Positions 1 through 15,346 are shown, numbered from the stretch's first letter. The stretch is DNA of 64,000 nt from Planctomycetota bacterium (GCA_965223545.1 OZ245006.1:928001-992000); one strand, 5' to 3'. Notes: generated from the sequence alone by a model not told the origin. Numbers and translations are program-made.

Positions 1-1052
1 CGTCGGGAGAAGAAGGGCAGCACTCGGGTCGTGCCGCGGAAGCCGGAGCTGGCGCCGAACTGGAACAGGTTGGAGTCCTGCAGGAAGAACGCGCGCTTCT
101 CGGGGAAGAACAGCGGAAAGCGGGTCAGGTTGACCTGCCGCTCGTCGACCTCGGTCTCGGCGAAGTCGGTGTTGTAGGTCAACAGCATGCTCAGCGACGG
201 AGTCAGCCGATAGCGCAGATCGACACCGAAGTCGCCGGTGCGCTGCGTGTGCTTGCTGACCTGGCGGTCGCGCGACAGAGCCACCTTGGCGTAGGGGACG
301 ACGTCGAGACCGATGCCCTGACGCATGCCGTGCATCCCGCGCAGCTCGCCGCCGATGGTCAGATCAAACGACCAGTAGGCCTGCAAGGGCGAAGCCCACC
401 GCTGCTGGGTGCCGGCCGCGGCCCGCTGCCGCACCAGGTTGAAGCCCCACGCCGCGGCCTCGGGGTCGAACGCCATCGTCTTGAACGGCAGCGCGATCTC
501 GGCCTGCCAGCCCGTGGCGGTGATCTGCGAGCGCCCGTACCAGATGCCGTCCCACCGCTTGTTGAACCCCCGCCCGCCGTCGCCCAACAGGGCATCGCCG
601 CGACTGCCGCCGGCGCCGATCTGGAACCAGTAGGCGAAGCGCTGCGTGTTGAACGGGTCGATCCACAGCTCGATGCGGTCGTCGGGATCGAGGTTGGCGT
701 CGCGCGTCATCAGCCGGCCGCGCACCAGGCCCGGCTGCTCCTCGCACCGCATGGCGATGTAGAGCGCGTCGTCGTCGTAGGCCAGGCGCACCTCGGTGGC
801 CACCTCGGGCGGCGCGCCCTCGACCGGCTCCACCTGGGTGAGCCGCGACAGGACGGCGGCGGACTGCCACGCCGGATCGTCGAGCCGGCCGTCGATGCGT
901 GGTCGCTGTTCGGCAGTCCACCGAGTCGGCACGACCGAGGGGCGCTGCGCGCTGACACCCACGCAACAGGCCAACGCGATGGCGACGTACGCGCACCGGC
1001 CGCGCCCGGATTGCGCGTGGGTTCCCTGTCGGCGGGAGAACAAGCGGCGCAC
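1..1052 (-). CDS. DUF5916 / CBM9-like domain outer-membrane protein, partial (runs off left edge)
   Basis: Own translation (not in ORF track): signal-like AIALACCVGVSAQ, then RIDGRLDDPAW and NTDFAETEVDERQVNLTRFPLFFPEKRAFFLQ, the typical DUF5916 motif. The GTG start at 1052 is approximate. Confidence 0.8.
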   Translation of the reverse strand, partial: MRRLFSRRQGTHAQSGRGRCAYVAIALACCVGVSAQRPSVVPTRWTAEQRPRIDGRLDDPAWQSAAVLSRLTQVEPVEGAPPEVATEVRLAYDDDALYIAMRCEEQPGLVRGRLMTRDANLDPDDRIELWIDPFNTQRFAYWFQIGAGGSRGDALLGDGGRGFNKRWDGIWYGRSQITATGWQAEIALPFKTMAFDPEAAAWGFNLVRQRAAAGTQQRWASPLQAYWSFDLTIGGELRGMHGMRQGIGLDVVPYAKVALSRDRQVSKHTQRTGDFGVDLRYRLTPSLSMLLTYNTDFAETEVDERQVNLTRFPLFFPEKRAFFLQDSNLFQFGASSGFRGTTRVLPFFSR

Positions 1053-1209
1053 GCTACCGCCAACCAACTGGCGCTGGCAACACGTCGGATTTGCCGGGTC
1101 GCGGGTGCGGCGAACCGCTGGCCGCGTCTCGTTTCGAGACCGAGAACGTCGCACCGCGCGACGCTGACGCTCAAGGAGCCCGCCTCCCGCGTCGAGTCTG
1201 CCCACAGTC

Positions 1210-2208
1210 GTGTTGTCCGTTCTTCGATGCACAGCGTCGGCAGCCGGTCTGTTGCTGGCTGGCTGCGCCGCGCTGGGGCCCGCCGGCGCGCGCACCGCGC
1301 TGGACACCGGGCTGCCGGCGGACGAGGCCGCCTGGCTGGCGGCGACCGTCTGCCGTCAGGCGTTTCCCACCGCTGACCCGTGCCCGCGCCACGGGGGCGC
1401 CCCGGTGCTGCACGACGGCAACGGCCGCTATCGCATCCGGTACGCGGCGGACCACGGCGGCGGCTTCCGCGTCGCGTTCGACTCCCGCCTGCTCGCCCCC
1501 GTTCCGGGGAATCCCGACGGGCAGAGCGTGCGCCTTCTGGCGGCGGAACCGTCGGCGAGTGCCGGTCGCGCTGTCCTCGCGATCGCCGTGGTCGATGCAC
1601 CAGGGGGAGCACGGCTCTCGGTGTGGCTCGCCCCCGAGGCAGCGGCGGTCGACCGTCAGCTGCGCGCCGCCCTGGCCACCGCCGAAGCGCTGCGCGGCTG
1701 CCGTCAGCGCCTCGCCGCCGGCGATCACGCCGGTGCCGATCGGCTCGCCGCCGACGCGCTGCGCCGCGCGCCCAGCACAGTTCCGGTGCTGCGGGCGGAC
1801 CTCAAGCTGGTGCGTGCGCGGGTCGCGCACGAGCAGCGCGACCTGACCCGACAGCGCCTCTGGTTGCGCCGCGCCTTGGCCGATGCCCCGGCGGACACCG
1901 CCGCCAGCGGCCGGCTGCGCGCTCTCGATCGCCGGCTCGCGATCGACGACGACGCGTCGCCGGACCGAGGCTTGGACGGATTGCTGCAGCGGACGCGCGA
2001 CTGCCTGGCCCGCGACGATCTGCGCGGCGCCGTGGCCTGGGCACGGCGCGCCATCGACGACACGGACGCACCGCAGGCCTGGCGCGCGCTGGCCGAGGCC
2101 CTGGATGCCGGCGGCGACGGGACCGCCGCCCACCACGCCCGCCTGATGGCGGCGGCCGACACGCCGGCCGTCGGCCAGCCGCATGCACTGGCTGCACCGC
2201 CGCCTTAG
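1210..2208 (+). CDS. Hypothetical lipoprotein with TPR-like helical C-terminus
   Basis: Lipobox LLAG-C; Ala/Leu-rich helices (AWRALAEALDAGGD); fills the gap between two minus-strand genes. Confidence 0.6.
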   Translation: MLSVLRCTASAAGLLLAGCAALGPAGARTALDTGLPADEAAWLAATVCRQAFPTADPCPRHGGAPVLHDGNGRYRIRYAADHGGGFRVAFDSRLLAPVPGNPDGQSVRLLAAEPSASAGRAVLAIAVVDAPGGARLSVWLAPEAAAVDRQLRAALATAEALRGCRQRLAAGDHAGADRLAADALRRAPSTVPVLRADLKLVRARVAHEQRDLTRQRLWLRRALADAPADTAASGRLRALDRRLAIDDDASPDRGLDGLLQRTRDCLARDDLRGAVAWARRAIDDTDAPQAWRALAEALDAGGDGTAAHHARLMAAADTPAVGQPHALAAPPP

Positions 2209-2217
2209 ATCCGCGCC

Positions 2218-7466
<5,249 letters not shown>

Positions 7467-7659
7467 GCTGGTCCCATCGGTTCGGGGCGAACGGGTGTGA
7501 GCGCGTCCGGCCGTCCGCGCGCGCCGGGAGGGCGATCGCGCCACGCCCAGGGACACCACCCCGCCTGGCCAAGAGAAGGATAGGACAGGCGGCGGCGGCA
7601 CCCCGCCTGTGTTTTTGCACCGTTCCGCTTTTGCCCCGCGGCTGGCTATCGTCGACGCC

Positions 7660-8874
7660 ATGGCCGCGACGCTGCCCGAACGCCCCATCCTGCGCCCGCT
7701 CGAAGTCCACCGCGTCACCGAGGGCGACGAGCGCGGCGTCGTGCTGGTGGACCCGCTCGGACTGAACGACGAGCAGGTGTTCGTGCCCGAGGGACTGCTG
7801 CCGCTGGTGGGTCGCATGGACGGCCAACGCACCTGTGATCAGATCCTCGCCGAGCTGCGCGCCGAGTTCGGCGAAGTCGACGACGACGCCGTCGTCCGGG
7901 TCGTGGGTGACCTCGACCAGCGGCTGTTGCTGCAATCACCGCGCTACGAGACCGCGGTCCGCGAAGCCGCCGCCGCACTGCAGGCGATGCCGGCGCGCCC
8001 GCCGGCGACCGCCGGCTCGGCCGGCTATCCCGCCGAGAGCCAAGCTCTGCGCGCGGCCCTCGCATCGATGGTCCGCCGGCCGGAGAACCCGACCAGGCCG
8101 TGCCCCCGGGCCCTGGTGGCGCCCCACATCGACCTGGCGCGGGGCCGCGAGGGCTACGCCCAGGCCTACGGCTACTTGGCGGAGTGCGAACCGGCCGAGC
8201 TCTACGTGGTGTTCGGCACCGGCCACCGCGGCCCCAGTGCGCCGCTGACCGGCCTGTCGACCGACTGGCAGACGCCGATCGGAACCCTGCGCACCGACCG
8301 CGGCGTGATCGACGCGGTGCACGCCGAGACCGGCGCCCCCGCCCCGCACGACGTGCTGCTGCACCGCACCGAGCACAGCATCGAGCTGCAGATGCTGTTC
8401 TTGACGCATCTGTTCGGCGATCGCGACATCGCGGTCGCCGGCTTCCTCACCGGTGCGCTGGGCGGCGCCGACGACGACCCGGCGGCCGCGCCCGGCGTCG
8501 AGGGGGCACTGCGCGCGCTGCGGCGCATTGCCGGCGAGCGCAGGGTCTGCTTCATCGCCGGGGCCGACCTGGCCCACATCGGCACGCAGTTCGGCGACCC
8601 GCAGCCCGCGGACGCAGACCGGCTGGCCGCGCTGGAAGCCACCGAGCGGGAGCGGTTGCAGTGGCTCACGCGCGGCGATCCGCGCGGCTTCCACCAAGCC
8701 GTGGTTCACGGCGACAATCCCGACCGCGTCTGCGGTGCGTCGCCGATCTACTTGGCGGCATCGCTGGCTTCGACTCCGGCCGAGCTGCTGCACTACGAGC
8801 AGGCCGTCGGGGACCGGGGAGGCTGCGTGGTCAGCTTCTGCAGCGCGGCGTTTCAGACGTCAGGCGGAGATTAG
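7660..8874 (+). CDS. AmmeMemoRadiSam system protein B (MEMO1 family)
   Basis: APHID, VFGTGH, WQTPIG, HRTEHSIELQ, GADLAHIG, RVCGASP motifs. Confidence 0.85.
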   Translation: MAATLPERPILRPLEVHRVTEGDERGVVLVDPLGLNDEQVFVPEGLLPLVGRMDGQRTCDQILAELRAEFGEVDDDAVVRVVGDLDQRLLLQSPRYETAVREAAAALQAMPARPPATAGSAGYPAESQALRAALASMVRRPENPTRPCPRALVAPHIDLARGREGYAQAYGYLAECEPAELYVVFGTGHRGPSAPLTGLSTDWQTPIGTLRTDRGVIDAVHAETGAPAPHDVLLHRTEHSIELQMLFLTHLFGDRDIAVAGFLTGALGGADDDPAAAPGVEGALRALRRIAGERRVCFIAGADLAHIGTQFGDPQPADADRLAALEATERERLQWLTRGDPRGFHQAVVHGDNPDRVCGASPIYLAASLASTPAELLHYEQAVGDRGGCVVSFCSAAFQTSGGD

Positions 8875-8916
8875 ATCGGGACGACAAACGCCGCGCTCCG
8901 GCCTCACGACTCGCCC

Positions 8917-9969
8917 TCACCCGCCGGCCAACCAAGGATCGGCCGCTGCGAGCACTTCGTCGACCTCGATGCCGGTCATGCAGGCGCGGTGGCCGAGGGG
9001 ACACACCTTGCGCTGACAGGGCGAGCACTCGAGGTCGCGGCGGATGACGGTCTGTGCGTCGAGCATGTAGTTCGTGTAGCGCGGATCGTTGGGTCCGATC
9101 AGGCAGACGACCGGCACACCGAGCGCGAGCGCGACGTGTCGAGGTCCGGAGTCGGTCGTGATCACCAGCCGGGCCCGCGCCACCAGAGCCTTCAGCATGT
9201 CGAGCGGCAGGACCGGATCACAGGCGGCCAACGCCCCGGAATCGGTCGCCATGCCGCGCACCATCTCCACCTCCGCCGGCCCACACAGAAAGAGCGCACG
9301 GTGGCCGCGCTCGCCGAGGGCGCGCGCGACCGCGGCGAAGCGATCCGGCTCCCACAGCTTGCTGGCGCCGAACGAGGCGCCCGCGTTGAGAGCGACGACG
9401 GAATCCCGCGGACCGACGCCGCGCGCCGCGAACCACTCCGCCGCCGCCGTCCGCAGCCCGTCGTCCACCGACAGAGAAAGCCGCAGCGGGGCGGTTGGCA
9501 GCTCGAGCACGTCGAGCAACGCGTCGTAGTACTCGGGCATCGGTGTCGGCACGCGGCGCGCACCGGAGCGCTGCCACCAACGCCGGCCCGGCTGCGCGCG
9601 CAGGCCGCGGTTCATCAACAGCGGCCGCCCTTGCCGGTAGCCGACCCGCACCGGAATGCCGGCCATGCGCACTGCGAGCCCGGTCTCCAGCGAGTTGGGC
9701 AAGACCACGGCGAGGTCGAAGCGCCGTTCGCGCAGCGCGCGGGCGGCGCGCCACAGGGCTGCGGCCGACGACGCCCGCGGGGTTTCGATCACGTCGTCGA
9801 ACCAGCCGCCGTCGCCGATCAAGGACCGCAGGTAGGGCCGCATGCCGGCGGTGATCTCCGCGTCCGGATAGCCGCGCCGCAGGCGCTCGAACGCGGCGGT
9901 CGCCATCACCGCGTCACCGACCCAGTTGGGCACGCGAACGAAGACGCGACGGGGACCGACGGAATCCAC
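8917..9969 (-). CDS. waaF: Lipopolysaccharide heptosyltransferase II-like (GT9)
   Basis: RVPNWVGDAVM, LPNS, GASFGASKLW, TDSGPRHVA, C-terminal CSPCQRKVCPLGHRACM. Confidence 0.8.
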   Translation of the reverse strand: MDSVGPRRVFVRVPNWVGDAVMATAAFERLRRGYPDAEITAGMRPYLRSLIGDGGWFDDVIETPRASSAAALWRAARALRERRFDLAVVLPNSLETGLAVRMAGIPVRVGYRQGRPLLMNRGLRAQPGRRWWQRSGARRVPTPMPEYYDALLDVLELPTAPLRLSLSVDDGLRTAAAEWFAARGVGPRDSVVALNAGASFGASKLWEPDRFAAVARALGERGHRALFLCGPAEVEMVRGMATDSGALAACDPVLPLDMLKALVARARLVITTDSGPRHVALALGVPVVCLIGPNDPRYTNYMLDAQTVIRRDLECSPCQRKVCPLGHRACMTGIEVDEVLAAADPWLAGG

Positions 9970-10117
9970 GACGCCGTGTTATCCGCCTCCCCGCCCGCAC
10001 ACAACGCCGCACGGGGCGCACTTTCGCCCCCCTCGCTGGCAGCGCGGTGGCGGGGTGCTATCGTGGGCGCCCCGCGCACCGCGCGCGCCAACGCCTATCT
10101 GGAGCGTCCTTCTGCCG

Positions 10118-12964
10118 ATGGCATCCGAATCCGTTTTGCAACGCCTCGCCGCCGAGTTCGACGACTCGCCCGAGACGATTTCCGCCGTGGTCGACATGTT
10201 CGAGCGCGGCGCCTCGCCGCAGTTCATCGCGCGCTACCGCCGCGACGAGACCCGCGACCCGGGCGAGGAGCGACTGACCGCACTGGAGGAACGCTGGCAC
10301 TTCCTGCACGACCTCGAAGCGCGCAAGGAGGCCATTCTCGAGCAGGCGCAGCAGCGGGCGGGAGTCACCGACGAGCTGCGGGAGACCCTGGCGCAGACCT
10401 ACGATCAAGATCTGCTCGACGACATCTACCAGTCGTTCCGCCCGCGGCGACGCACGCCCGGGGTGCAGGCGGCCGAGCGCGGCCTCGGCCCGCTGGCCGA
10501 GGCGATCCACCACCGCCAGTTGGCGGACAAATCGCTGCAGGAGCTGGCCGCCGACTACATCTCGGCGGAGAACGAGCTGCCGACCGCGGAGGCGGTGTTG
10601 GAGGGAGTGCTGCACATCCTCGCCGAGCGCTACGCCGCCGACCCCCAGCTGCGCGCCCAGCTGCGCAACGAGATGTCGCGCGGCGTGCTCAAAGCGGAGG
10701 CCACGTCCCCCAACCGCAAGGGAGCCAAGCGCTACCAGGAGTTCTTCGCCTTCGAAGAGCCGGTGCGCCGGATCGGTGCGCAGCGGATGCTGGCGCTGCG
10801 CCGCGCCGAGCGCGAGGGCATCGTGAAGATCGAGCTGCGGCTGCCGCAGGGCCGCGAGATCGAGGTGTACCGCGAGCGCTTCGCCGCGGACCTACCGGCG
10901 GAAGCGCCGCTGCACGCGTTCTTGGACCTGGTGTTCCAGCACTCGTTCGACCAGCTGGTGCGCCCCGGGTGCGAGGCCGACATTCGGCGCCGCATCAAGG
11001 AGAAGGCGGATCGCGAGACCCTGCGGACCTTCTCCCGCAATCTCCGCTCCCAGCTGCTGGCGCCGCCGTTGGGCGAGAAGCGCACTCTGGTCATCCGCGC
11101 TTCGCGGCGCACGGTGTGGTGCGCCGCCCTCGACGAGAGCGGCGCGGTCGAGGCCCAGCACGTGCTCCACCTCTGGGACCCTTCGGCGGAAAAGGCCCCA
11201 TCCAAACCGGCCGCCGATGCACAGCCCGCGGCCGCAGCTTCGGATGAGGCGCCGGCCGATGCGCCGGCCGAGGCGCCGGCCCCGCCGCCCGAGACCGAAG
11301 GCACGGACGCCAGCAGCCCGGTCGCACAGGTCCCCGCCACGGAAAGCGGCCCCGCGGAGGATCCGCCGCCGACGCCCGAGGCCCCCACTCCGGAAACAAC
11401 GACGGCGGCCGACGCGCCGACCGCGGAGGCACCATCGGCCGAGGCGCCCGAGGAGACTCAGCCTGCCGGCGCGGAACCGGCCGAAACCGAACCCGAGGGT
11501 CGCCGCAGGTCGAGCGAGAACTGCACGCTGCCGGAGGCGGTGGCCAAGTTGATCGAACTCGCCCGCCAACACCGACCGGCGGCGATCGCGATCCCGCACG
11601 GCCGCCGGCAGGACGTATCTCTGCAGGTCGCGCGCGACGTGCTCGCCGGTCTCGAGAACGACGTCATGCTGATCCCGGTCGACGAGGCCCCGTCGACGAT
11701 CTACGCCACCAGTGCCGCGGGCCGCAAGGCGATGCCGCAAGCCGAAGTGGGTGTGCGCACGGCTATCCACCTCGGCCGGCGGCTGCAGGATCCACTGCTG
11801 CAGCTGTTGCACTTGGACCCGCGCGACCTCGGTCTGGGCGCCAGCTTGGCGGACGTGCACCAAGGCATGCTGGCGACCACCCTCGACCACACCGTCGGCT
11901 CCTGCCTCGCGCTGGTCGGCGTCGATGTCAACCGTGCCAACACCGACACTCTGTCGCGGCTGCCGGGCCTGAACCGCGATCAGGCGCGCGCCATCGTGGA
12001 GCACCGGCAGAAGGCGGGCGGGTTCCGCACCCGGACCGGCATCGGCGAGGTCGAGGGCATCGACGAGAACGCGGTGCGCCACGTCGCGGGCTTCCTGCGC
12101 CTGGCGGGCGGCGAGCAGCCGCTGGACGTCACCGGCGTGCACCCCGACGACTTCGACCTGGCCGAGAAGATCGCCGCGCAGGTGGGCGAGCCGGTGACCG
12201 GCCTGCTCGGTCGCGATGTCCGCATCGACCTCGACGCCGTGACTTCCGACGGTCATCCTCGGCTGCGCACGCTGGACGTGTTGGGCGCCCTCGCGCAAGC
12301 CGGGCGCGACCCGCGCGGCCAGCTCTCGCCGTGGAACAACCCCGGCGTGCAGTCGGTTGCGGACCTGCAGGTCGACATGCAGCTGCGGGGGCGGGTGACC
12401 AACGTCACCGATTTCGGCGCGTTCGTCGATCTCGGCGTCGGCCAGGACGGACTGGTGCACATCTCGCAGATCCCGGGCCGGCGGCTCAAGAACCCCGACC
12501 AGGCGCTGCGCATCGGCGAAGTGATCCGCATCTACGTGGTGCGCATCGACAAGGACGGCAAGCGCATCAGCCTGACGATGCTGCGCCCGCGTCACTTGGC
12601 CGAAGGCCGCGCGCCGACGCTGGGCGAGCGCATGCAGGGCGGCGGGCGGCGCGGTCGCGGGCGGCGCGACGAGGGCCAGGTGATGACCCGGGCGGCGCGC
12701 GCACCGGACGGGCGCCGCGACGGCCGCCGGGGCGGCCCCCGCCGCGGCGGCCAGGGGCCGGGCGGCGGGCGACCCGGCGGGCGCGGCTTCGGCCGGCGCG
12801 ACGACGGCCCACGCCGGTCGGGCCCACCGCGTGTGATCACCGTCGAGAGCGAGCGGCCGGTCGAACAGTCCCGCGGCCACAAGGGCGAGCTGCGCTCGCT
12901 GTCCGGCCTGCGCAACTTGCTGGGCGACAAGAAATCGGGCGAGAGCGATTCCAGCGAGAGCTGA
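10118..12964 (+). CDS. tex: Tex-family RNA-binding transcription accessory protein (HhH and S1 domains)
   Basis: FIARYRRDET, DIYQSFRPRRRT, RRLQDPL, VGVDVNRA, GRDPR, S1 motif VTNVTDFGAFVDLGVGQDGLVHIS. Confidence 0.9.
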   Translation: MASESVLQRLAAEFDDSPETISAVVDMFERGASPQFIARYRRDETRDPGEERLTALEERWHFLHDLEARKEAILEQAQQRAGVTDELRETLAQTYDQDLLDDIYQSFRPRRRTPGVQAAERGLGPLAEAIHHRQLADKSLQELAADYISAENELPTAEAVLEGVLHILAERYAADPQLRAQLRNEMSRGVLKAEATSPNRKGAKRYQEFFAFEEPVRRIGAQRMLALRRAEREGIVKIELRLPQGREIEVYRERFAADLPAEAPLHAFLDLVFQHSFDQLVRPGCEADIRRRIKEKADRETLRTFSRNLRSQLLAPPLGEKRTLVIRASRRTVWCAALDESGAVEAQHVLHLWDPSAEKAPSKPAADAQPAAAASDEAPADAPAEAPAPPPETEGTDASSPVAQVPATESGPAEDPPPTPEAPTPETTTAADAPTAEAPSAEAPEETQPAGAEPAETEPEGRRRSSENCTLPEAVAKLIELARQHRPAAIAIPHGRRQDVSLQVARDVLAGLENDVMLIPVDEAPSTIYATSAAGRKAMPQAEVGVRTAIHLGRRLQDPLLQLLHLDPRDLGLGASLADVHQGMLATTLDHTVGSCLALVGVDVNRANTDTLSRLPGLNRDQARAIVEHRQKAGGFRTRTGIGEVEGIDENAVRHVAGFLRLAGGEQPLDVTGVHPDDFDLAEKIAAQVGEPVTGLLGRDVRIDLDAVTSDGHPRLRTLDVLGALAQAGRDPRGQLSPWNNPGVQSVADLQVDMQLRGRVTNVTDFGAFVDLGVGQDGLVHISQIPGRRLKNPDQALRIGEVIRIYVVRIDKDGKRISLTMLRPRHLAEGRAPTLGERMQGGGRRGRGRRDEGQVMTRAARAPDGRRDGRRGGPRRGGQGPGGGRPGGRGFGRRDDGPRRSGPPRVITVESERPVEQSRGHKGELRSLSGLRNLLGDKKSGESDSSES

Positions 12965-13094
12965 GACCGCTCAACCCCCGGTACCACCGGCACTGGCGCG
13001 GCGCCGCCGGCCCGCGCCCGCCCCGCCCAGAGCCGATGGGACGCACCGGCCCGCGGCTCGGGGTTCTTCCGGGGCCTTGCGCCGAGACCACGCG

Positions 13095-13154
13095 ATGCGG
13101 TACAAAGTGTCGCATAGACGAGCGTCGCGGGTTCGCTTTCGGCACATCTCTAGC
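13095..13154 (+). promoter_or_regulatory. Candidate sigma54 -24/-12 promoter with an upstream palindrome
   Basis: CGGCAC-ATCTC-TAGC gives GG(13141)-N10-GC(13153); imperfect inverted repeat ATGCGGTAC-AAA-GTGTCGCAT at 13095-13115. Confidence 0.4.
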
Positions 13155-13214
13155 CACCCGCACTTCAGGCCTCTCTGCCTTTCTTTCTTCAAACGCGAAA
13201 GAGTCATCCATCCC

Positions 13215-14522
13215 ATGCGCACCTCTCTTCTCTGCGCCCTTTCTGTCCCCGTGCTCAGCATGACGCTGGCGGCCCAGGTCGGCCCCGGCATCGCTTCGGT
13301 GGACATGACCCAATCTCCTTGGCGGCCGCCGAGCCAGAACAACCTGCATCCGCAAGCGATGGTTGACCTGGCGACGGGCACCGTCATCTGGTCCACCTCG
13401 GGCGCCTCGTCGACCGACTTCGGCCAGCTCGAGCTGCGCTCGATCGGCGGCACCAAGTTCCGCCTGGCGGCGACGCTCAACAACGCCACGTCCGGCTCGA
13501 CCGGCGGCTTCATCAACGGCCCCGGCGGCTTCGAGGCCGTCGAAGGTGAGTACGACACCGCGACCGGCGTCTGCGGCCTGACCGACTTCGCCACCCCGCT
13601 GTGCTCGACCGGCGACGAGTTCGCCTTCTCGATCTCGAACAACGGCCTGTTCGGCGTGACCGACTACGCCGGCGCGATCGGCAGCCCGGTCTACGGCAAC
13701 CGCGCCGCGACCGGCACCAACTGGACCCTGGGCGGTGTCGTCACCGGCGCCGGCTCCGGCTACCTCGATTCCAAGCTCGTCGACCTCGGGGGCGGTGGCA
13801 TCAAGTTCGCCTTCGCCGACGCCTCCAGCGGCGTCTCGGTGGGTGACATCAACACCGGCACTGGCGCGGTGACCAACATCGCTCAGGTGATCGCCGCGAT
13901 CCCGGGCACCAACTTCCTGCACTCGCACCACGCGGTGATGGCCAACGACACTCTCGCTGGCTGGATCTTCTCGGCGCACATCGCCGGTGGCGACTCCGAC
14001 TCCTACTTCCTGGGCGACAGCGACGACCTGCTGAACCTGCCGGTCCAGATCTACGACGAAGCCAACTGGCAGGCCAACCCGACCTCGCTCGGGGACAGCG
14101 GCTCCACCTACTGGGCCTGGTCGGCTCCGGCGCCGAACAACTACAAGGCCCCGCTCGACATCGAGCTCGTCGCCCTCACCGGCGGCCGTCTGACCGCCGG
14201 CCAGACCAAGAACCTGAGCCTGTTCGTCCCGGGTGACGGCAACCCGTGGGTCGGCGTGCTGATCATCGGCGTCCCCACCGCCCCGATCCCGCTGGGCGGC
14301 ACCGTCGGCAACGCCATCGGCAACGCCCCGGGCCCGCGCCCGGCCGGCCAGGTCTCGGTGCTCCCGGCGATCGCGGTCAGCGCTGCTGGCCTCGGCCGCA
14401 TCAACTTCGGGATCCCGGTCCCCGCGGGCTGGACGGGCGCGGCGCCGCTCTCGATCCAGGGTGCGGCGGCGAGCACTGCCGGTGGCCCGGTGGTCATCAG
14501 CAACGACGCGCTGATCCAGTGA
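13215..14522 (+). CDS. Secreted Gly/Thr-rich beta-type protein of unknown function
   Basis: Signal peptide MRTSLLCALSVPVLSMTLAAQ; strong C/G third-codon bias; followed by a terminator. Confidence 0.8.
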   Translation: MRTSLLCALSVPVLSMTLAAQVGPGIASVDMTQSPWRPPSQNNLHPQAMVDLATGTVIWSTSGASSTDFGQLELRSIGGTKFRLAATLNNATSGSTGGFINGPGGFEAVEGEYDTATGVCGLTDFATPLCSTGDEFAFSISNNGLFGVTDYAGAIGSPVYGNRAATGTNWTLGGVVTGAGSGYLDSKLVDLGGGGIKFAFADASSGVSVGDINTGTGAVTNIAQVIAAIPGTNFLHSHHAVMANDTLAGWIFSAHIAGGDSDSYFLGDSDDLLNLPVQIYDEANWQANPTSLGDSGSTYWAWSAPAPNNYKAPLDIELVALTGGRLTAGQTKNLSLFVPGDGNPWVGVLIIGVPTAPIPLGGTVGNAIGNAPGPRPAGQVSVLPAIAVSAAGLGRINFGIPVPAGWTGAAPLSIQGAAASTAGGPVVISNDALIQ

Positions 14523-14574
14523 TCGAGGCATCCCGGGCCTGATGGCCCGAGGATTTGGGCCCCGACGGGCCCGA

Positions 14575-14618
14575 AACGAGCCCGGAGCGGCAACGCCGCT
14601 CCGGGCTCGTTCTCTTTC
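14575..14618 (+). terminator. Intrinsic terminator
   Basis: Perfect stem AACGAGCCCGGAGCGGC / GCCGCTCCGGGCTCGTT followed by CTCTTTC; two smaller hairpins just upstream. Confidence 0.75.
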
Positions 14619-14656
14619 GATCCAGCCTTGTGTTGGCCCCCCGCCCCACGACTGCC

Positions 14657-15346
14657 ATGGAAACCGTCGCCGCCGTCCCGCGACACGCCCACTTCGACGG
14701 CAACTGGCCTCAGGGCTTTCTCGCCGCCACCCCCTCGGTCCTCGCCCGCCTCGAGCGCTCGGCGTCGTTCCGCCCGCGGGCGGCCGCCGAGGAGGATCCG
14801 GAATGGAAGCAGCTGATCCCATACTGCGTCGTGCAGCGCGGGGACACCGTGCTCTGCCTCGAACGGCTGTCGGCGCAGAGCGAGCACCGGCTCCACCGGC
14901 GCCTATCGATCGGCGTCGGCGGCCACGTCAATCCCGTCGACGCCCCGCTCGAGGGAGCGGTCGCGCGTGGGCTCCTGCGAGAGCTCCACGAGGAGCTGCG
15001 GCTGCCAAGGGACTGCGGCGAACCCCGTTTTCTGGGCCTGATCAACGACGACTCGAATGCGGTCGGCCGTGTTCATGTGGGCCTGGCGTTCGTCCTCCGC
15101 CTGGCCGCCGGCAGCAAAATCTCCGTCCGTGAAACTCGGAAGATGGTGGGTCGTTTCTCCCCCCTCGCCGACCTACGTTCCCCGGCATCGGCCGGGGTTG
15201 CCGAATCCTCGAAGCTATGGCAACATCACCGCCGCTTCGAGTCCTGGTCGACGATCGCACTCGAGGCCTGGCCCTGGACCGTCTCGAGGACCCTTCCACC
15301 GGGACACCGACAGGGCCCACCAGAGGCGAATTCAGAGCGGACTTAG
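14657..15346 (+). CDS. Predicted NUDIX-family phosphoesterase (YmaB/COG4112-like)
   Basis: AEEDPEWKQLIPY, EHRLHRRLSIGVGGHVN, RELHEEL, GLINDDSNAVGRVHVG. Confidence 0.8.
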   Translation: METVAAVPRHAHFDGNWPQGFLAATPSVLARLERSASFRPRAAAEEDPEWKQLIPYCVVQRGDTVLCLERLSAQSEHRLHRRLSIGVGGHVNPVDAPLEGAVARGLLRELHEELRLPRDCGEPRFLGLINDDSNAVGRVHVGLAFVLRLAAGSKISVRETRKMVGRFSPLADLRSPASAGVAESSKLWQHHRRFESWSTIALEAWPWTVSRTLPPGHRQGPPEANSERT

